Notes under the pieces: generated by a model | What the model was told of the DNA's origin: nothing | What the model saw: only the letters and a program-made list of their open reading frames with translations | Databases searched by the model: none | NCBI GenBank assembly: GCA_036278915.1 | Contig: DASUKB010000001.1 | Coordinates: 173,186 to 237,185, forward strand | Source of the DNA: Patescibacteria group bacterium | Lineage (GTDB): Bacteria > Patescibacteriota > Doudnabacteria > UBA920 > O2-02-FULL-48-8 | Length of the DNA stretch: 64,000 nt | Reading direction: 5' to 3' | Made by a program: the position numbers and the translations under genes | Part shown: positions 8,316 through 18,209 of the stretch, one piece after another | Numbering within the stretch: position 1 is the stretch's first letter | How the letters are laid out: the number at the start of each line of letters is the position of its first letter

Positions 8316-9920
8316 ATGCCAAAAAAGCTTTACAAAAAAGTTTTACTTATAATCCTCGACGGGTTTGGCGTGGCTACAGCGGGCCGCGGCAACGCAGTGA
8401 CGCTGGCAAACCCGCCCAACCTCAATGATTTCGTCAACAAGTACGCGGCCACCACGCTGCAGGCATCTGGACCGGCCGTGGGTCTGCCCTGGGGCGAAAA
8501 CGGCAACTCTGAAGCCGGACACCTAAATATTGGCTCTGGCCGCATAGTCGGCCAGGATATGCCGCGCATCAACCTTGCCATAGAGGACCGATCATTTTTC
8601 AGCAACCCGTCGTTTATGGAAGCCATAGAGCACGCCAAAGCCAACAATTCCAATCTCCACCTTATGGGTATGGTGAGCCCGGGCGGCTTGCACAGCTTCG
8701 ATGAGCATCTGTATGCGCTCATTGGCCTGGCTGCGGAAGCTGGCATAGGCGACCGCACGTACGTGCATATGTTCACCGACGGCGAAGACAGCAAGGAAAC
8801 AGCATTGCAGGCTTTGGATAAATTGCAAAAACGCATGGACCGCATCCACGCCGGCAAAATTGCGACTATTATGGGGAGATTTTATGCCATGGATCGCGCG
8901 GATCATTGGAACCTGACAGAACAAGCTTACCGTTGCATGGTGTTTGCCGAAGGGCAGCAGGAAAAAAGTGCGCTGAATGCGCTCACCGAATACGCCAGCC
9001 AAAATATAAAAGACCATATGATACCGCCGACTGTGATTCTGCAAGCCGACGGCTCAGCCATCAAAATTACGGATGGTGACGCGCTCATACATTTCAATTA
9101 TCGGCCCGACCGCGCCATACAGCTGACCAAAGCCTTCACCGAGCAGCACCTCAAAAAATTCATCCAGCCGTATACACCGCTTAAGGACATTATAATGGTG
9201 ACGATGACCGAGTATATAGACGGGCTGAACGTAAAAATCGCATTCCCGCCGATTCCTTTGACCAATGGCTTGGCCGAAATGATAAGCAAGCGTGGGCTGC
9301 GGCAGTTCCACTGCGCTGAGTCTGAAAAATTCGCGCACGTTTCGATTTTTTTTGACGGCGGCATCCATCCGTTTCCGGGAGAAGATCGCGAGATCGTGAG
9401 TTCTCCAGCCAGCAATTACCAAAATTACGCCAACTCGCCGGAAATGTCGGCTTACCAGCTGACGGATATGCTCATCGGCAAGCTCGATCAGAACTATACA
9501 TTTTATGTCGTGAACTTTGCCAACACCGACATGGTCGGGCACACCGGCAATCCGATGGCCTGCATCCAGGCCGTGACTTCGGTGGATACGTGCTTGGGAA
9601 AGTTGGCGGCCAAATGCCTGCAGGAAGATATTTGCATGATCATCACAGCCGATCACGGAAATATTGAGGAAATTATAGACCACCGCTCCGGTAATGTTGA
9701 GACTGAACACTCGTCCAATCCGGTGCCGTTCATAATTATTGCAAATGATTTTGCGCGCAAGAATCCCAAAGGCGGCGGTATAGAGAGTTTGGCTGGAGTT
9801 TTGCCAGTGGGCGTACTTTCCGACGTTGCACCCACCGTGCTGGAACTGCTGGGTATCCCCAAGCCTTCGGAAATGACTGGAGTGAGTTTACTGGGACAAG
9901 TCCAGCCACAAGTAAAATAA
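8316..9920 (+). CDS. gpmI: 2,3-bisphosphoglycerate-independent phosphoglycerate mutase
   Basis: ILDGFG, GNSEAGH, GRFYAMDR, NTDMVGHTG and TADHGN motifs. Confidence 0.93.
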   Translation: MPKKLYKKVLLIILDGFGVATAGRGNAVTLANPPNLNDFVNKYAATTLQASGPAVGLPWGENGNSEAGHLNIGSGRIVGQDMPRINLAIEDRSFFSNPSFMEAIEHAKANNSNLHLMGMVSPGGLHSFDEHLYALIGLAAEAGIGDRTYVHMFTDGEDSKETALQALDKLQKRMDRIHAGKIATIMGRFYAMDRADHWNLTEQAYRCMVFAEGQQEKSALNALTEYASQNIKDHMIPPTVILQADGSAIKITDGDALIHFNYRPDRAIQLTKAFTEQHLKKFIQPYTPLKDIIMVTMTEYIDGLNVKIAFPPIPLTNGLAEMISKRGLRQFHCAESEKFAHVSIFFDGGIHPFPGEDREIVSSPASNYQNYANSPEMSAYQLTDMLIGKLDQNYTFYVVNFANTDMVGHTGNPMACIQAVTSVDTCLGKLAAKCLQEDICMIITADHGNIEEIIDHRSGNVETEHSSNPVPFIIIANDFARKNPKGGGIESLAGVLPVGVLSDVAPTVLELLGIPKPSEMTGVSLLGQVQPQVK

Positions 9921-9940
9921 TCTAAGTCTAACAAAAATTT

Positions 9941-9965
9941 ACACCCCATTTGTATGGGGTGTTTA
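9941..9965 (+). terminator. intrinsic terminator-like hairpin
   Basis: ACACCCCAT-ttgt-ATGGGGTGT followed by TTATT. Confidence 0.55.
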
Positions 9966-10004
9966 TTGTGCTAGAATGCAGACATAATTTAATTACGAAA
10001 CGTA

Positions 10005-11690
10005 ATGAAAAAGCGCTGGGTGGTGAAAGAGAAACCAAACGAGATCCCAAATTTGCCAGAGTACGAAGGCCTGGTTTTGGGATTGCTGGCGGCAAGAGGG
10101 CTTACCACCAAAGAACAAATCGAAGATTTTTTAAATCCAGATTACAACAAACTGCATGACCCGTTTTTGTTCGCAGATATGCAAAAGATATGTGCGCGTA
10201 TTTTTGATGCCATAAAAAATCAGGAAAAAATTGTCATTTATTCTGACTACGATGCCGATGCCATAACCGCGCTTGCGGTAATGTACCTGGCGCTCAAAAA
10301 ATTGGGAGCAAATCTGGATTATTATATCCCGGACCGGTTTGCTGAAGGCTATGGCATGAATGTTGAGGCTGTCAAAAAACTTTGCGAAGACGGCGCCAAA
10401 ATCATAATCACTGTGGACTGCGGCATCAATGCGGTGGAAGAAACTAACATCGCGCAAAGTTTGGGGACGGATGTTATAATTACCGACCACCACGAGCTTA
10501 CTGACGAATTGCCGAAAGCGTTTGCAATCATAAATCCCAAGAATCCGAATGATAACTATCCATTTCGGTTTCTCACCGGCGTCGGAGTGGCGTTTAAAGT
10601 TGTGCAGGCTTTGTTTAGGGGTGAGATTCTTTCCGGATGGGAAAAGTGGCTTTTGGATTTGGTTGCAATCGGTACTGTGGCTGATTTGCAGCCGCTCACG
10701 GGTGAAAATCGAATTTTGGTCAGCTTTGGCCTGAAGGTTCTGCACAAAACCAAATGGGCTGGTTTGCGCACGCTTATAAAGCTTGCAGGAGTAGACAGCA
10801 AAATTCCTGATACTTATACACTCGGGTTCATAATCGCGCCGCGCATCAATGCGGCCGGCAGGATAAAACACGCAGATGTCGCATTTAAACTACTGGTTTG
10901 TGAGGACGAAGCAGAAGCGCAAACGTTGGCCGAGGAATTAAACCAGCTCAATACTCACCGCCAACAGCTGACCGAGCAGGTCCTCTCTGAAGCGCGCAGT
11001 CAGGTTGAATTGATAGAAAACAAGAAAGTTCTGCTCGCTGCAGGCGCTGACTGGCCCAAAGGCGTGGTTGGTCTGGTGGCCGGCAAATTGGTAGAGGAGT
11101 ATGGCCGACCAGTGCTGGTAATGGATCGGGGGGAATTGGTAGCCACGGGTTCTGCGCGTTCCGTGCGCAACTTTGATATTGTCGCGGCTCTCACTCACGC
11201 CAAGGATCTGCTCACCAAATACGGCGGGCATACGCAAGCTGCGGGATTCACGCTTGTCACCGAAAACATTCCAGCTTTGCATCAGAAATTGCTAGAGTAT
11301 GCCGAGACTTTGGACGAGGAAACCTTGTCGCCAGTTTTGGAAGCGGATGCAGAGCTTGCGCCTCTGGATTTAAATATGGAAAATTACGATTTGATTTCCA
11401 AATTTGCGCCGTTTGGGTATGGTAACCACAAACCGAAGTTTTTAATTTCGTCTGTTGAAGTTTTAGAAATTCGACTCGTGGGCAAAGAATCTCGCCACTT
11501 GAAACTGCGGTTGCGAGCCGCTGAGAAAGTTTTGGACGCCATTGGATTCAATCTGGGGTTTTGGGCAGGTTCCCTTGAGCCTGGGGGCAAAGTTGATCTA
11601 ATGTTTGAACTTGACTGCAACGAGTGGAATAACCAAAAGAATTTGGAGCTTAAAATTTTGGATCTAAGAAAAAATAATTTAAAATTATAA
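10005..11690 (+). CDS. recJ: single-stranded DNA exonuclease RecJ
   Basis: DYDAD, TVDCG, TDHH, GTVAD, PRINAAGR and GGHTQAAG motifs. Confidence 0.96.
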   Translation: MKKRWVVKEKPNEIPNLPEYEGLVLGLLAARGLTTKEQIEDFLNPDYNKLHDPFLFADMQKICARIFDAIKNQEKIVIYSDYDADAITALAVMYLALKKLGANLDYYIPDRFAEGYGMNVEAVKKLCEDGAKIIITVDCGINAVEETNIAQSLGTDVIITDHHELTDELPKAFAIINPKNPNDNYPFRFLTGVGVAFKVVQALFRGEILSGWEKWLLDLVAIGTVADLQPLTGENRILVSFGLKVLHKTKWAGLRTLIKLAGVDSKIPDTYTLGFIIAPRINAAGRIKHADVAFKLLVCEDEAEAQTLAEELNQLNTHRQQLTEQVLSEARSQVELIENKKVLLAAGADWPKGVVGLVAGKLVEEYGRPVLVMDRGELVATGSARSVRNFDIVAALTHAKDLLTKYGGHTQAAGFTLVTENIPALHQKLLEYAETLDEETLSPVLEADAELAPLDLNMENYDLISKFAPFGYGNHKPKFLISSVEVLEIRLVGKESRHLKLRLRAAEKVLDAIGFNLGFWAGSLEPGGKVDLMFELDCNEWNNQKNLELKILDLRKNNLKL

Positions 11691-11692
11691 AT

Positions 11693-12109
11693 ATGCCGAA
11701 TAAATTGATTATGTACACGGATGGTGGTGCGCGTGGCAATCCTGGTCCGGCCGCAATAGGCGTCGCCATTTATGAAGCGGGGCGCATCAATGAGCCTCTC
11801 AAAACCTTCGGCAAATATTTGGGCGAGACTACGAATAATCAGGCCGAGTACCGCGCGCTTATCGCAGGTTTGGAAATGTGCAAGGCTTTGAACGCCTCAC
11901 ATGTGGTTTGCTACATGGATTCGGAATTGGTCGTACGGCAAATCACGGGTGTTTATAAAATCAAAGAGGCCGGTCTCAAAGAGCTGGCCATGGACGCCAT
12001 ACGGCTGAAGAATAATTTTGACATTGTGGAATTTAAACACGTGCCGCGCGAAAAGAACAAACTCGCTGACCGGCTGGTCAATGAGTGTTTAGATAATGAA
12101 TTGAGATAA
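11693..12109 (+). CDS. rnhA: ribonuclease HI family protein
   Basis: YTDGGARGNPG, TNNQAEY, DSELV and HVPREKNKLAD motifs. Confidence 0.9.
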   Translation: MPNKLIMYTDGGARGNPGPAAIGVAIYEAGRINEPLKTFGKYLGETTNNQAEYRALIAGLEMCKALNASHVVCYMDSELVVRQITGVYKIKEAGLKELAMDAIRLKNNFDIVEFKHVPREKNKLADRLVNECLDNELR

Positions 12110-12116
12110 ATTTTGG

Positions 12117-13367
12117 TTACCGAATTTTATAACTTGCCAAATGCATGTCGTCAAACACCGTCAGAACCGACCCATTGCTGTTGAGCGTAAATTGGGAGTT
12201 GGGTCCGACATTGGTCAGGATGGTGTAGATATTGCGATGATCACGGCCATCCAGCTCCACTGCTTTGATGGCATTTTCATTTTCGAAAAATACATAGCCG
12301 TCGTAAGAATTGATAACGGGATGATTTAGAGTGCTAATGGAGCGCAAGATCAGTTCCGTTTTTTTCTGCTGCGGATCATATAGGAGAATGTCGTTGGCGT
12401 CGGCAAACAACAGTTCATGGCTTGCTGTATCATAGCTTGCAGCCGTGGCGCCGTCGTAGATTTTTTCTAAACTGTCATTAAGTTTATAAAGCGATTTGTC
12501 TAAAAGCAGAAAAGTATTCCCTTCGCCGCGGATGATTTGCGCGTTTTGAGAAGTGGGCAGATTTGTGTAAATTGTAGTCGTAACTTTGGTGCGCAAATTA
12601 TATTCTTTCAGCAATTGGCCCTGCACGTACCAGAGGTTTTCACCATCCATGCTAAAACCCGAAACATTGGTATCCACGGTCTGCGGGTCATTAGCAGACA
12701 GAACCTGCAGCTGTCGTGCAGCCAGAATGGCGAAATTGTCGCCGTCGGTTTGCACCTGACTAATGCTTGAGATATCTGGCACCGAAAACGAATGGCTTTG
12801 GAAATAGCTTAGAACTTTAGCCGCATTGCTCCAGCGCAAATTTTCCGTAAATGTGAGGGGCACATAAAAATTTCCTATATTGCCCAGCTGCTGTGTGCTC
12901 TGGCTGCCAACGTCATAAATATGCAAATTATTATTTTGGATGTAAGCAATTTCGGTGCCATTATCCGATAAGCTGGAGAAATTATCGGACATTTCGATTT
13001 GTTGTTGCGGTTCGGCAAGAAACAGCGTGATAAAATCTCGGTCAAAGTTAACCCAGGTCGCAAGCTGCGGGTCTACGCTCAGCCGCTTAGTCCAGGACTG
13101 GTAGCCGGTTTTTTCTATCCGGACATTGTAATCGCCAGGCAGCACGAAACGCACAGTCTCAGGCGTTAATCCTTGAGCCTTTTGATTATTAAGATAAATA
13201 TCTGCTTTGTCGGGCATGGTTTGGACTATGAGTACCCCGGTTTTCACGATCTTGTGGTGCGTCCAGTCTATCTCATAGCCGATTGTAAACAAAACCAGGA
13301 GAGGGACAATTACCACAAATATGAGGATTCCAAACCCGACTAGTAGAAATCGATTGCGTAAAGTCAT
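12117..13367 (-). CDS. PEGA-domain membrane-anchored beta-propeller protein
   Basis: N-terminal TM; TGVLIVQTMPDKADIYLN...PGDYNVRIEKTGYQSW (PEGA pattern); propeller-like repeats. Confidence 0.8.
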   Translation of the reverse strand: MTLRNRFLLVGFGILIFVVIVPLLVLFTIGYEIDWTHHKIVKTGVLIVQTMPDKADIYLNNQKAQGLTPETVRFVLPGDYNVRIEKTGYQSWTKRLSVDPQLATWVNFDRDFITLFLAEPQQQIEMSDNFSSLSDNGTEIAYIQNNNLHIYDVGSQSTQQLGNIGNFYVPLTFTENLRWSNAAKVLSYFQSHSFSVPDISSISQVQTDGDNFAILAARQLQVLSANDPQTVDTNVSGFSMDGENLWYVQGQLLKEYNLRTKVTTTIYTNLPTSQNAQIIRGEGNTFLLLDKSLYKLNDSLEKIYDGATAASYDTASHELLFADANDILLYDPQQKKTELILRSISTLNHPVINSYDGYVFFENENAIKAVELDGRDHRNIYTILTNVGPNSQFTLNSNGSVLTVFDDMHLASYKIR

Positions 13368-13472
13368 ATAATACCTACTAATTTTACGCAAAATTGAGGC
13401 AATTTACAAGGCGACCGCTTTTGAGCGGCAAAGTTGGACTTATATCAAATATTTGCTAATATAGTGAGGCTT

Positions 13473-14729
13473 ATGTCCAAATTTATAATTACAGGCGGGA
13501 AACCGCTTGCAGGTGAAATCAAAGTTTCGGGATCAAAAAACGCAATCGTGGCGCTGATGGCCGCGTCGCTTTTGACTCAAGATGAATGTGTCATCACCAA
13601 TGTTCCAGAAATTTCCGACGTCCAAAGTTTAATTGAAATATTAAAAGAATTAGGCGTACAGGTTGAATACGGCAAACATAAACTGGTCATCAGAGCAGAG
13701 AATATCGCAAAGGTGAATCCGAGTGCCGAACTGGTTGGCAAACTTCGCGGTTCGATTTTGCTTTTAGGTCCAATCCTTGCTCGCAAACATGAGGTGGATT
13801 TCCCTTTTCCGGGAGGGGATCTTATCGGCAAGCGACCTATCAATGCTCACACCGATGCATTCAAAAATTTGGGAGCCTTAGTGGATACTTCAAACGGCAC
13901 TCTTAAAATTACGGCTGATAATTTGAAGGGCAGCAAAGTCGTCCTAACCGAAACATCTGTTACCGCCACCGAAAATATCATGCTGGCCGCGGCTCTGGCA
14001 GAAGGACCTACCACAATCAAACTGGCGGCAATGGAACCGCATGTGCAGCAACTTGGGTTGTTCCTCAAAAAAATGGGAGCAAAGATTAAAGGCGTGGGCA
14101 CTCCAACTATTACAATTGAGGGCGTTGATAAATTACACGGGGCCAAAATCAAAGTTATTCCGGACGACAACGAGGCTTCGAGTTTGATTACAATGGCAGC
14201 CGTATGCGGTATGGACGTGAAGGTATCCAAACTTGAACCCGAGCATTTGGAAGACTATCTTTTGAAATTAAAAACGATGGGAGTGAATTTTGAAGTCGGG
14301 GAAGATTATGTCCGCGTGAAAAAATCTGATACGCTCATGGGAATTGCCAAACTGCAATGCGGATTTTATCCGAAATTAAATTCCGACTATATACCGCCGA
14401 TGTCTGTCTTGGCCACACAGGCTACTGGCGAAACCGTGATATATGACTGGATGTATGAAAATCGCACAGGTTACGCAACGGAATTAAACAAAATGGGCGC
14501 GCAAATTGAAGTTTTGGATCCGCACCGAGTAAAAATTGCAGGCCCGACTAAATTGCATGAGGCATCACTAAGCGCAGGAGATTTGCGCATGGGCATGACT
14601 TTGGTAATTGCCGCTTTGATAGCCGAAGGTAAATCTGAAATCAATGACGTGCATCACATCGACCGCGGGTATGAAAATTTAGAAAAAAGATTGCGAATGC
14701 TAGGCGCAGATATTAAGAGGGCGAATTAA
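13473..14729 (+). CDS. murA: UDP-N-acetylglucosamine 1-carboxyvinyltransferase (active-site Asp variant)
   Basis: SGSKNA, PGGDLIGKRP, SVTATEN, DLRMG and IDRGYE motifs. Confidence 0.95.
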   Translation: MSKFIITGGKPLAGEIKVSGSKNAIVALMAASLLTQDECVITNVPEISDVQSLIEILKELGVQVEYGKHKLVIRAENIAKVNPSAELVGKLRGSILLLGPILARKHEVDFPFPGGDLIGKRPINAHTDAFKNLGALVDTSNGTLKITADNLKGSKVVLTETSVTATENIMLAAALAEGPTTIKLAAMEPHVQQLGLFLKKMGAKIKGVGTPTITIEGVDKLHGAKIKVIPDDNEASSLITMAAVCGMDVKVSKLEPEHLEDYLLKLKTMGVNFEVGEDYVRVKKSDTLMGIAKLQCGFYPKLNSDYIPPMSVLATQATGETVIYDWMYENRTGYATELNKMGAQIEVLDPHRVKIAGPTKLHEASLSAGDLRMGMTLVIAALIAEGKSEINDVHHIDRGYENLEKRLRMLGADIKRAN

Positions 14730-14780
14730 CCTAATTCTAAACTGTTTAGATCAATTAGAAATTAAAAATTAGAAATTTTG
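14724..14780. repeat. AT-rich element, family C
   Basis: TTAGATCAATTAGAAATTAAAAATTAGAAATTTT, nearly identical to 2482-2515. Confidence 0.65.
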
Positions 14781-14784
14781 ATAT

Positions 14785-15792
14785 ATGTTTCTATCTAGAA
14801 TTGGAATTGATTTGGGCACGGCCAACACTTTGGTTTATGTTCCCAAGCACGGCATCATCATCAACGAGCCCACAGTGGTGGCTATTTCCGTAGGCGATAA
14901 TAAAATTTTAGCCGTTGGCGCAGAAGCCAAAGAAATGATCGGCCGCACGCCAGACAATATAATCGCGCACCGGCCCATGAAGGACGGAGTCATTGCCGAC
15001 TACCGCGTCACAGAAGCCATGCTGCGCTATTTCATAAACAAAGCCGCAGGTTCGGTAAGATTCTTCCGGCCTGAGGTCATGATCTCCGTGCCGGGCGGAA
15101 TTACATCAACTGAACGCCGAGCTGTCATAGATGCTGCCACGCAAGCTGGAGCCAAATCTGCGTACGTCATCAAAGAAACCGTGGCCGCGGCAATCGGCGC
15201 CGGTATAGACATTGCCGCGCCCGCCGGTAACATGGTCATAGACATTGGCGGCGGTACCACCGATGTGGCCGTGCTGTCTTTGGGAGGCATAGTTACATCT
15301 ACGTCCGTGCGCGTGGCCGGCAACAAACTTGACGCAGCCATTGCCGAATACATTCGCAAAAAGCACGGGCTTTCTGTGGGCGACCGCACCGCGGAGGAAA
15401 TTAAGATTCAGATCGGGTCTGCTATACCCGTGGAAAAAGAAATCGCGCTTGAAATCCGCGGCCGCGATCTAGTCCATGGTCTGCCCAAAACCATCCAGGT
15501 CAAAACGAACGAAATAGTAGAAGCAATTTCTGAAGAGCTGCGCGAGATCGTAAAAGCGGTGCGCGCCGTGCTACAGGAGACGCCGCCGGAACTGGCTTCG
15601 GACATCATAGACAAAGGCATGGTCCTCACGGGCGGTTCGTCGCTTTTACGCAATTTGGATAAATACATCGGCCAGTCCACGGGCGTGCCTGCGTATGTTG
15701 CGGATGACGCGCTGCTCTGCGTTGCGCGCGGCACCGGCGCGGCGCTGGACAATTTGGAATCGTACAAAAAAAGCATTCTCGCGACGAAATAA
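14785..15792 (+). CDS. mreB: MreB/Mbl actin-like protein (paralog 1)
   Basis: GIDLGTANT, DIGGGTT and LTGGSSLL motifs; directly follows murA. Confidence 0.93.
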   Translation: MFLSRIGIDLGTANTLVYVPKHGIIINEPTVVAISVGDNKILAVGAEAKEMIGRTPDNIIAHRPMKDGVIADYRVTEAMLRYFINKAAGSVRFFRPEVMISVPGGITSTERRAVIDAATQAGAKSAYVIKETVAAAIGAGIDIAAPAGNMVIDIGGGTTDVAVLSLGGIVTSTSVRVAGNKLDAAIAEYIRKKHGLSVGDRTAEEIKIQIGSAIPVEKEIALEIRGRDLVHGLPKTIQVKTNEIVEAISEELREIVKAVRAVLQETPPELASDIIDKGMVLTGGSSLLRNLDKYIGQSTGVPAYVADDALLCVARGTGAALDNLESYKKSILATK

Positions 15793-16107
15793 ATTATCCT
15801 GTGGTTTTCTACAGCTTGTACACAGGAAAAATATTTTTCTGCGAATTGCTTAGGAAAGTGGCTTCCTGAAAATTTTTTTGACGCAAAATTTCATGCGTGC
15901 CAGAATATTTGAGGTTAAGCCTACTAAACGTTTAGAAATAGAGAATAAAAAATCGGTAAGTCGTAATTGAAACTTCGCCTCTTTAGAGAGCAGGATCAAT
16001 TCAAAAAAGACCTACTGATTTTTTGTTGGAAAAAAAGAAACCCGACAACACACGATGTGTCGTCGGGTAAGTAGGCCTGGATTATTTTTTCAAAACAGGT
16101 TCCAGCA

Positions 16108-16247
16108 CCGAACAACCGCTCGGCCAGCCGCAATGCTGGGATCGTCAAAATCCGCTATTTATATGTATATAGAAGTGGATGTTGACTCACGCAAAATTTT
16201 CTGATGAAAATTTTGAGTGTCCGCATTGCGGCTGGCCTCGCTAATAA
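16108..16247. repeat. 140-bp structured element, copy 1 (MITE-like or structured RNA)
   Basis: 3 mismatches versus 25813-25952; 15-bp perfect inverted repeat GGCCAGCCGCAATGC/GCATTGCGGCTGGCC enclosing two hairpins. Confidence 0.9.
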
Positions 16248-16262
16248 GTTATCCTGGAGGTT

Positions 16263-16291
16263 TTGTCAACGCTTGTGGCAAATGGTATAAT
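16263..16291 (+). promoter_or_regulatory. sigma70-type promoter of holB (probably leaderless)
   Basis: TTGTCA-17 nt-(TGg)TATAAT, 6 nt before the ATG. Confidence 0.6.
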
Positions 16292-16297
16292 TTGTAT

Positions 16298-17158
16298 ATG
16301 TTTGAAACAATTGCGGGCCATGCGAAACAGAAACAATTACTAACCAAATCCATAGAATCTGGCAAAATTGCGCATGCATATGTTTTTGCCGGCCCAGGTT
16401 CGGTGGGCAAAAGATTAATCGCGAAAGGCTTTGCGAACGCTTTGTTAGGGATGAGCGATGAGGGGAGAGGGATGAGTTTCCACCCGGATCTTTTAGAAAT
16501 TGCAGGGGATGAACCCGTCAAAATTGAGCAGATTCGCGAATTGATTTATAAACTTTCGTTGCAGCCTTACCAAGCCAAATACAAAATCGCGCTCATTGAT
16601 AATGCTGAAAATATGACAACTGAAGCGCAGAACGCGCTCCTTAAGGCTTTGGAAGAACCCAAAAGCTACACGGTCATGATTTTAGTCACGGAAGCTTTTG
16701 GAAAACTTTTGGGTACGATTACTTCTCGGGCGCAGAAATTAAATTTCGGTCTTGTCCGTCCTGCAGACTTCCAAGCTTTGCTTCCGGCAAATTTACCTGA
16801 ATGCGATGTAAAACAAATCGCCGAGTTTGCTGCTGGTCGCCCCGGACTGGCAGTGCGGATTGCCAACGATTCGGATTTGCGCGAAACACTTTCGGAAATA
16901 AATAATAATTTGGAAATAATCAAATCACAAGATTTACCGGCCAAACTCAAACTGGCATATGATCTGGCAGAGCTCGAAACAGTAGAGCTGCGACAACAAT
17001 TTGATTTTTGGCTTGCCAGACTTGAACAGGATCTGCTGACAGAACCAGGCAAGCTCCCGGCTCGATATATTTCCGCGGTGGCGCGATCGCGAAAGCATCT
17101 GGATCAAAACGCCAACAGCAAACTGCTTTTGACCAATTTGATGCTCCAACTCAACTGA
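16298..17158 (+). CDS. holB: DNA polymerase III delta-prime subunit
   Basis: AHAYVFAGPGSVGK, HPD, KIEQIR, AQNALLKALEEP and TITSRAQ motifs. Confidence 0.88.
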   Translation: MFETIAGHAKQKQLLTKSIESGKIAHAYVFAGPGSVGKRLIAKGFANALLGMSDEGRGMSFHPDLLEIAGDEPVKIEQIRELIYKLSLQPYQAKYKIALIDNAENMTTEAQNALLKALEEPKSYTVMILVTEAFGKLLGTITSRAQKLNFGLVRPADFQALLPANLPECDVKQIAEFAAGRPGLAVRIANDSDLRETLSEINNNLEIIKSQDLPAKLKLAYDLAELETVELRQQFDFWLARLEQDLLTEPGKLPARYISAVARSRKHLDQNANSKLLLTNLMLQLN

Positions 17159-17159
17159 C

Positions 17160-18209
17160 ATGAAAAAAATTTTTATACTTTTATTGTCCCTAAGTTTGAC
17201 CGCGGTCAGCTGCAACCAGCTTTTGTTTGGCGGTACGGGAGCCATGGGCGTGTTTAAGTCCGAAGACTCCGGCCAAAGCTCTAGCGCCGCAAATAAGATA
17301 GACAAAAAAAACAATCTCAATTCAACCTCGGTGAACAGCCTCGTGTTTGGATTTAACGATAGCCAGACGATTTATTTGGCGTCATCCGCTGGCGTGTACA
17401 AAAGTTCGGACGCCGGCTCAACCTGGAAACTAATGCTGACCAATATTGCGGTCGCGGACGTGGCCGCAGACGCCACATCCGGAACGCTGTACGTGGCGGG
17501 GCTTTCGGACAACCACGGCAAAATTGTGAAAACTGCAGATGACGGCTCATCCTGGAGCGATGTCTATACTGAACCGACGTCGGGCAATACCGTCCGCTCC
17601 TTAGCTGTGGACCCAAGCAACCACGCGCAAGTATTTGCCGGCCTTTCGGCCGGAGAAATTATAGTCTCACAAGATTTTGGCCTGACCTGGCAAGTGGTCA
17701 CTGATCTCCACGACGTTATTTATCGCCTGAGGTTTGGGCCAAACGGCAATCTCTACGTACTCACGGTAAGTCACGGACTTTATGAAAGCCGCGATGGCGG
17801 AAAGACTTTTACTGATTTAAGCAGTACGCTGACGAATGGGTTTATAAATCCAGACGCGAATTTTTCATCCGTGTCCAAATTTTTGGATTTGGCTTTTGAC
17901 CAAAAACAGCCGGGAGTGCTGTACCTGGCCACGGATGCAGGACTTATACGAAGCGTGGATGATGGAATGAATTGGGCGTTTATGCAAATGCCGGTGCGCA
18001 ACGCCGAACTTCGGACTTCGGCCGTGGCAGTGGATCCGGCTAATTCCAACAATCTCTACGCAGTGGTGGGCAATACCCTATTTAAATCCACAAATGGCGG
18101 TGCGGCCTGGGAAACTAAACCCCTGGCAAGCGGCCAGGAAGTGCGTCAAATCCTAATTGACTACAGTTCGCCAAATGTGATTTACTTAGGGATGGGAGCA
18201 GCAAAGTAA
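17160..18209 (+). CDS. lipoprotein with BNR/Asp-box (YCF48/VPS10-like) beta-propeller
   Basis: Lipobox TAVSC; repeated SxDxGxxW Asp-boxes. Confidence 0.8.
   Translation: MKKIFILLLSLSLTAVSCNQLLFGGTGAMGVFKSEDSGQSSSAANKIDKKNNLNSTSVNSLVFGFNDSQTIYLASSAGVYKSSDAGSTWKLMLTNIAVADVAADATSGTLYVAGLSDNHGKIVKTADDGSSWSDVYTEPTSGNTVRSLAVDPSNHAQVFAGLSAGEIIVSQDFGLTWQVVTDLHDVIYRLRFGPNGNLYVLTVSHGLYESRDGGKTFTDLSSTLTNGFINPDANFSSVSKFLDLAFDQKQPGVLYLATDAGLIRSVDDGMNWAFMQMPVRNAELRTSAVAVDPANSNNLYAVVGNTLFKSTNGGAAWETKPLASGQEVRQILIDYSSPNVIYLGMGAAK

Noticed and set aside
15793-15830. Degenerate DnaA-box-like words after mreB (CTGTGGTTTT, TTGTACACA) as a possible oriC
   Set aside because: No perfect box, no dnaA/dnaN nearby and no switch in gene orientation.
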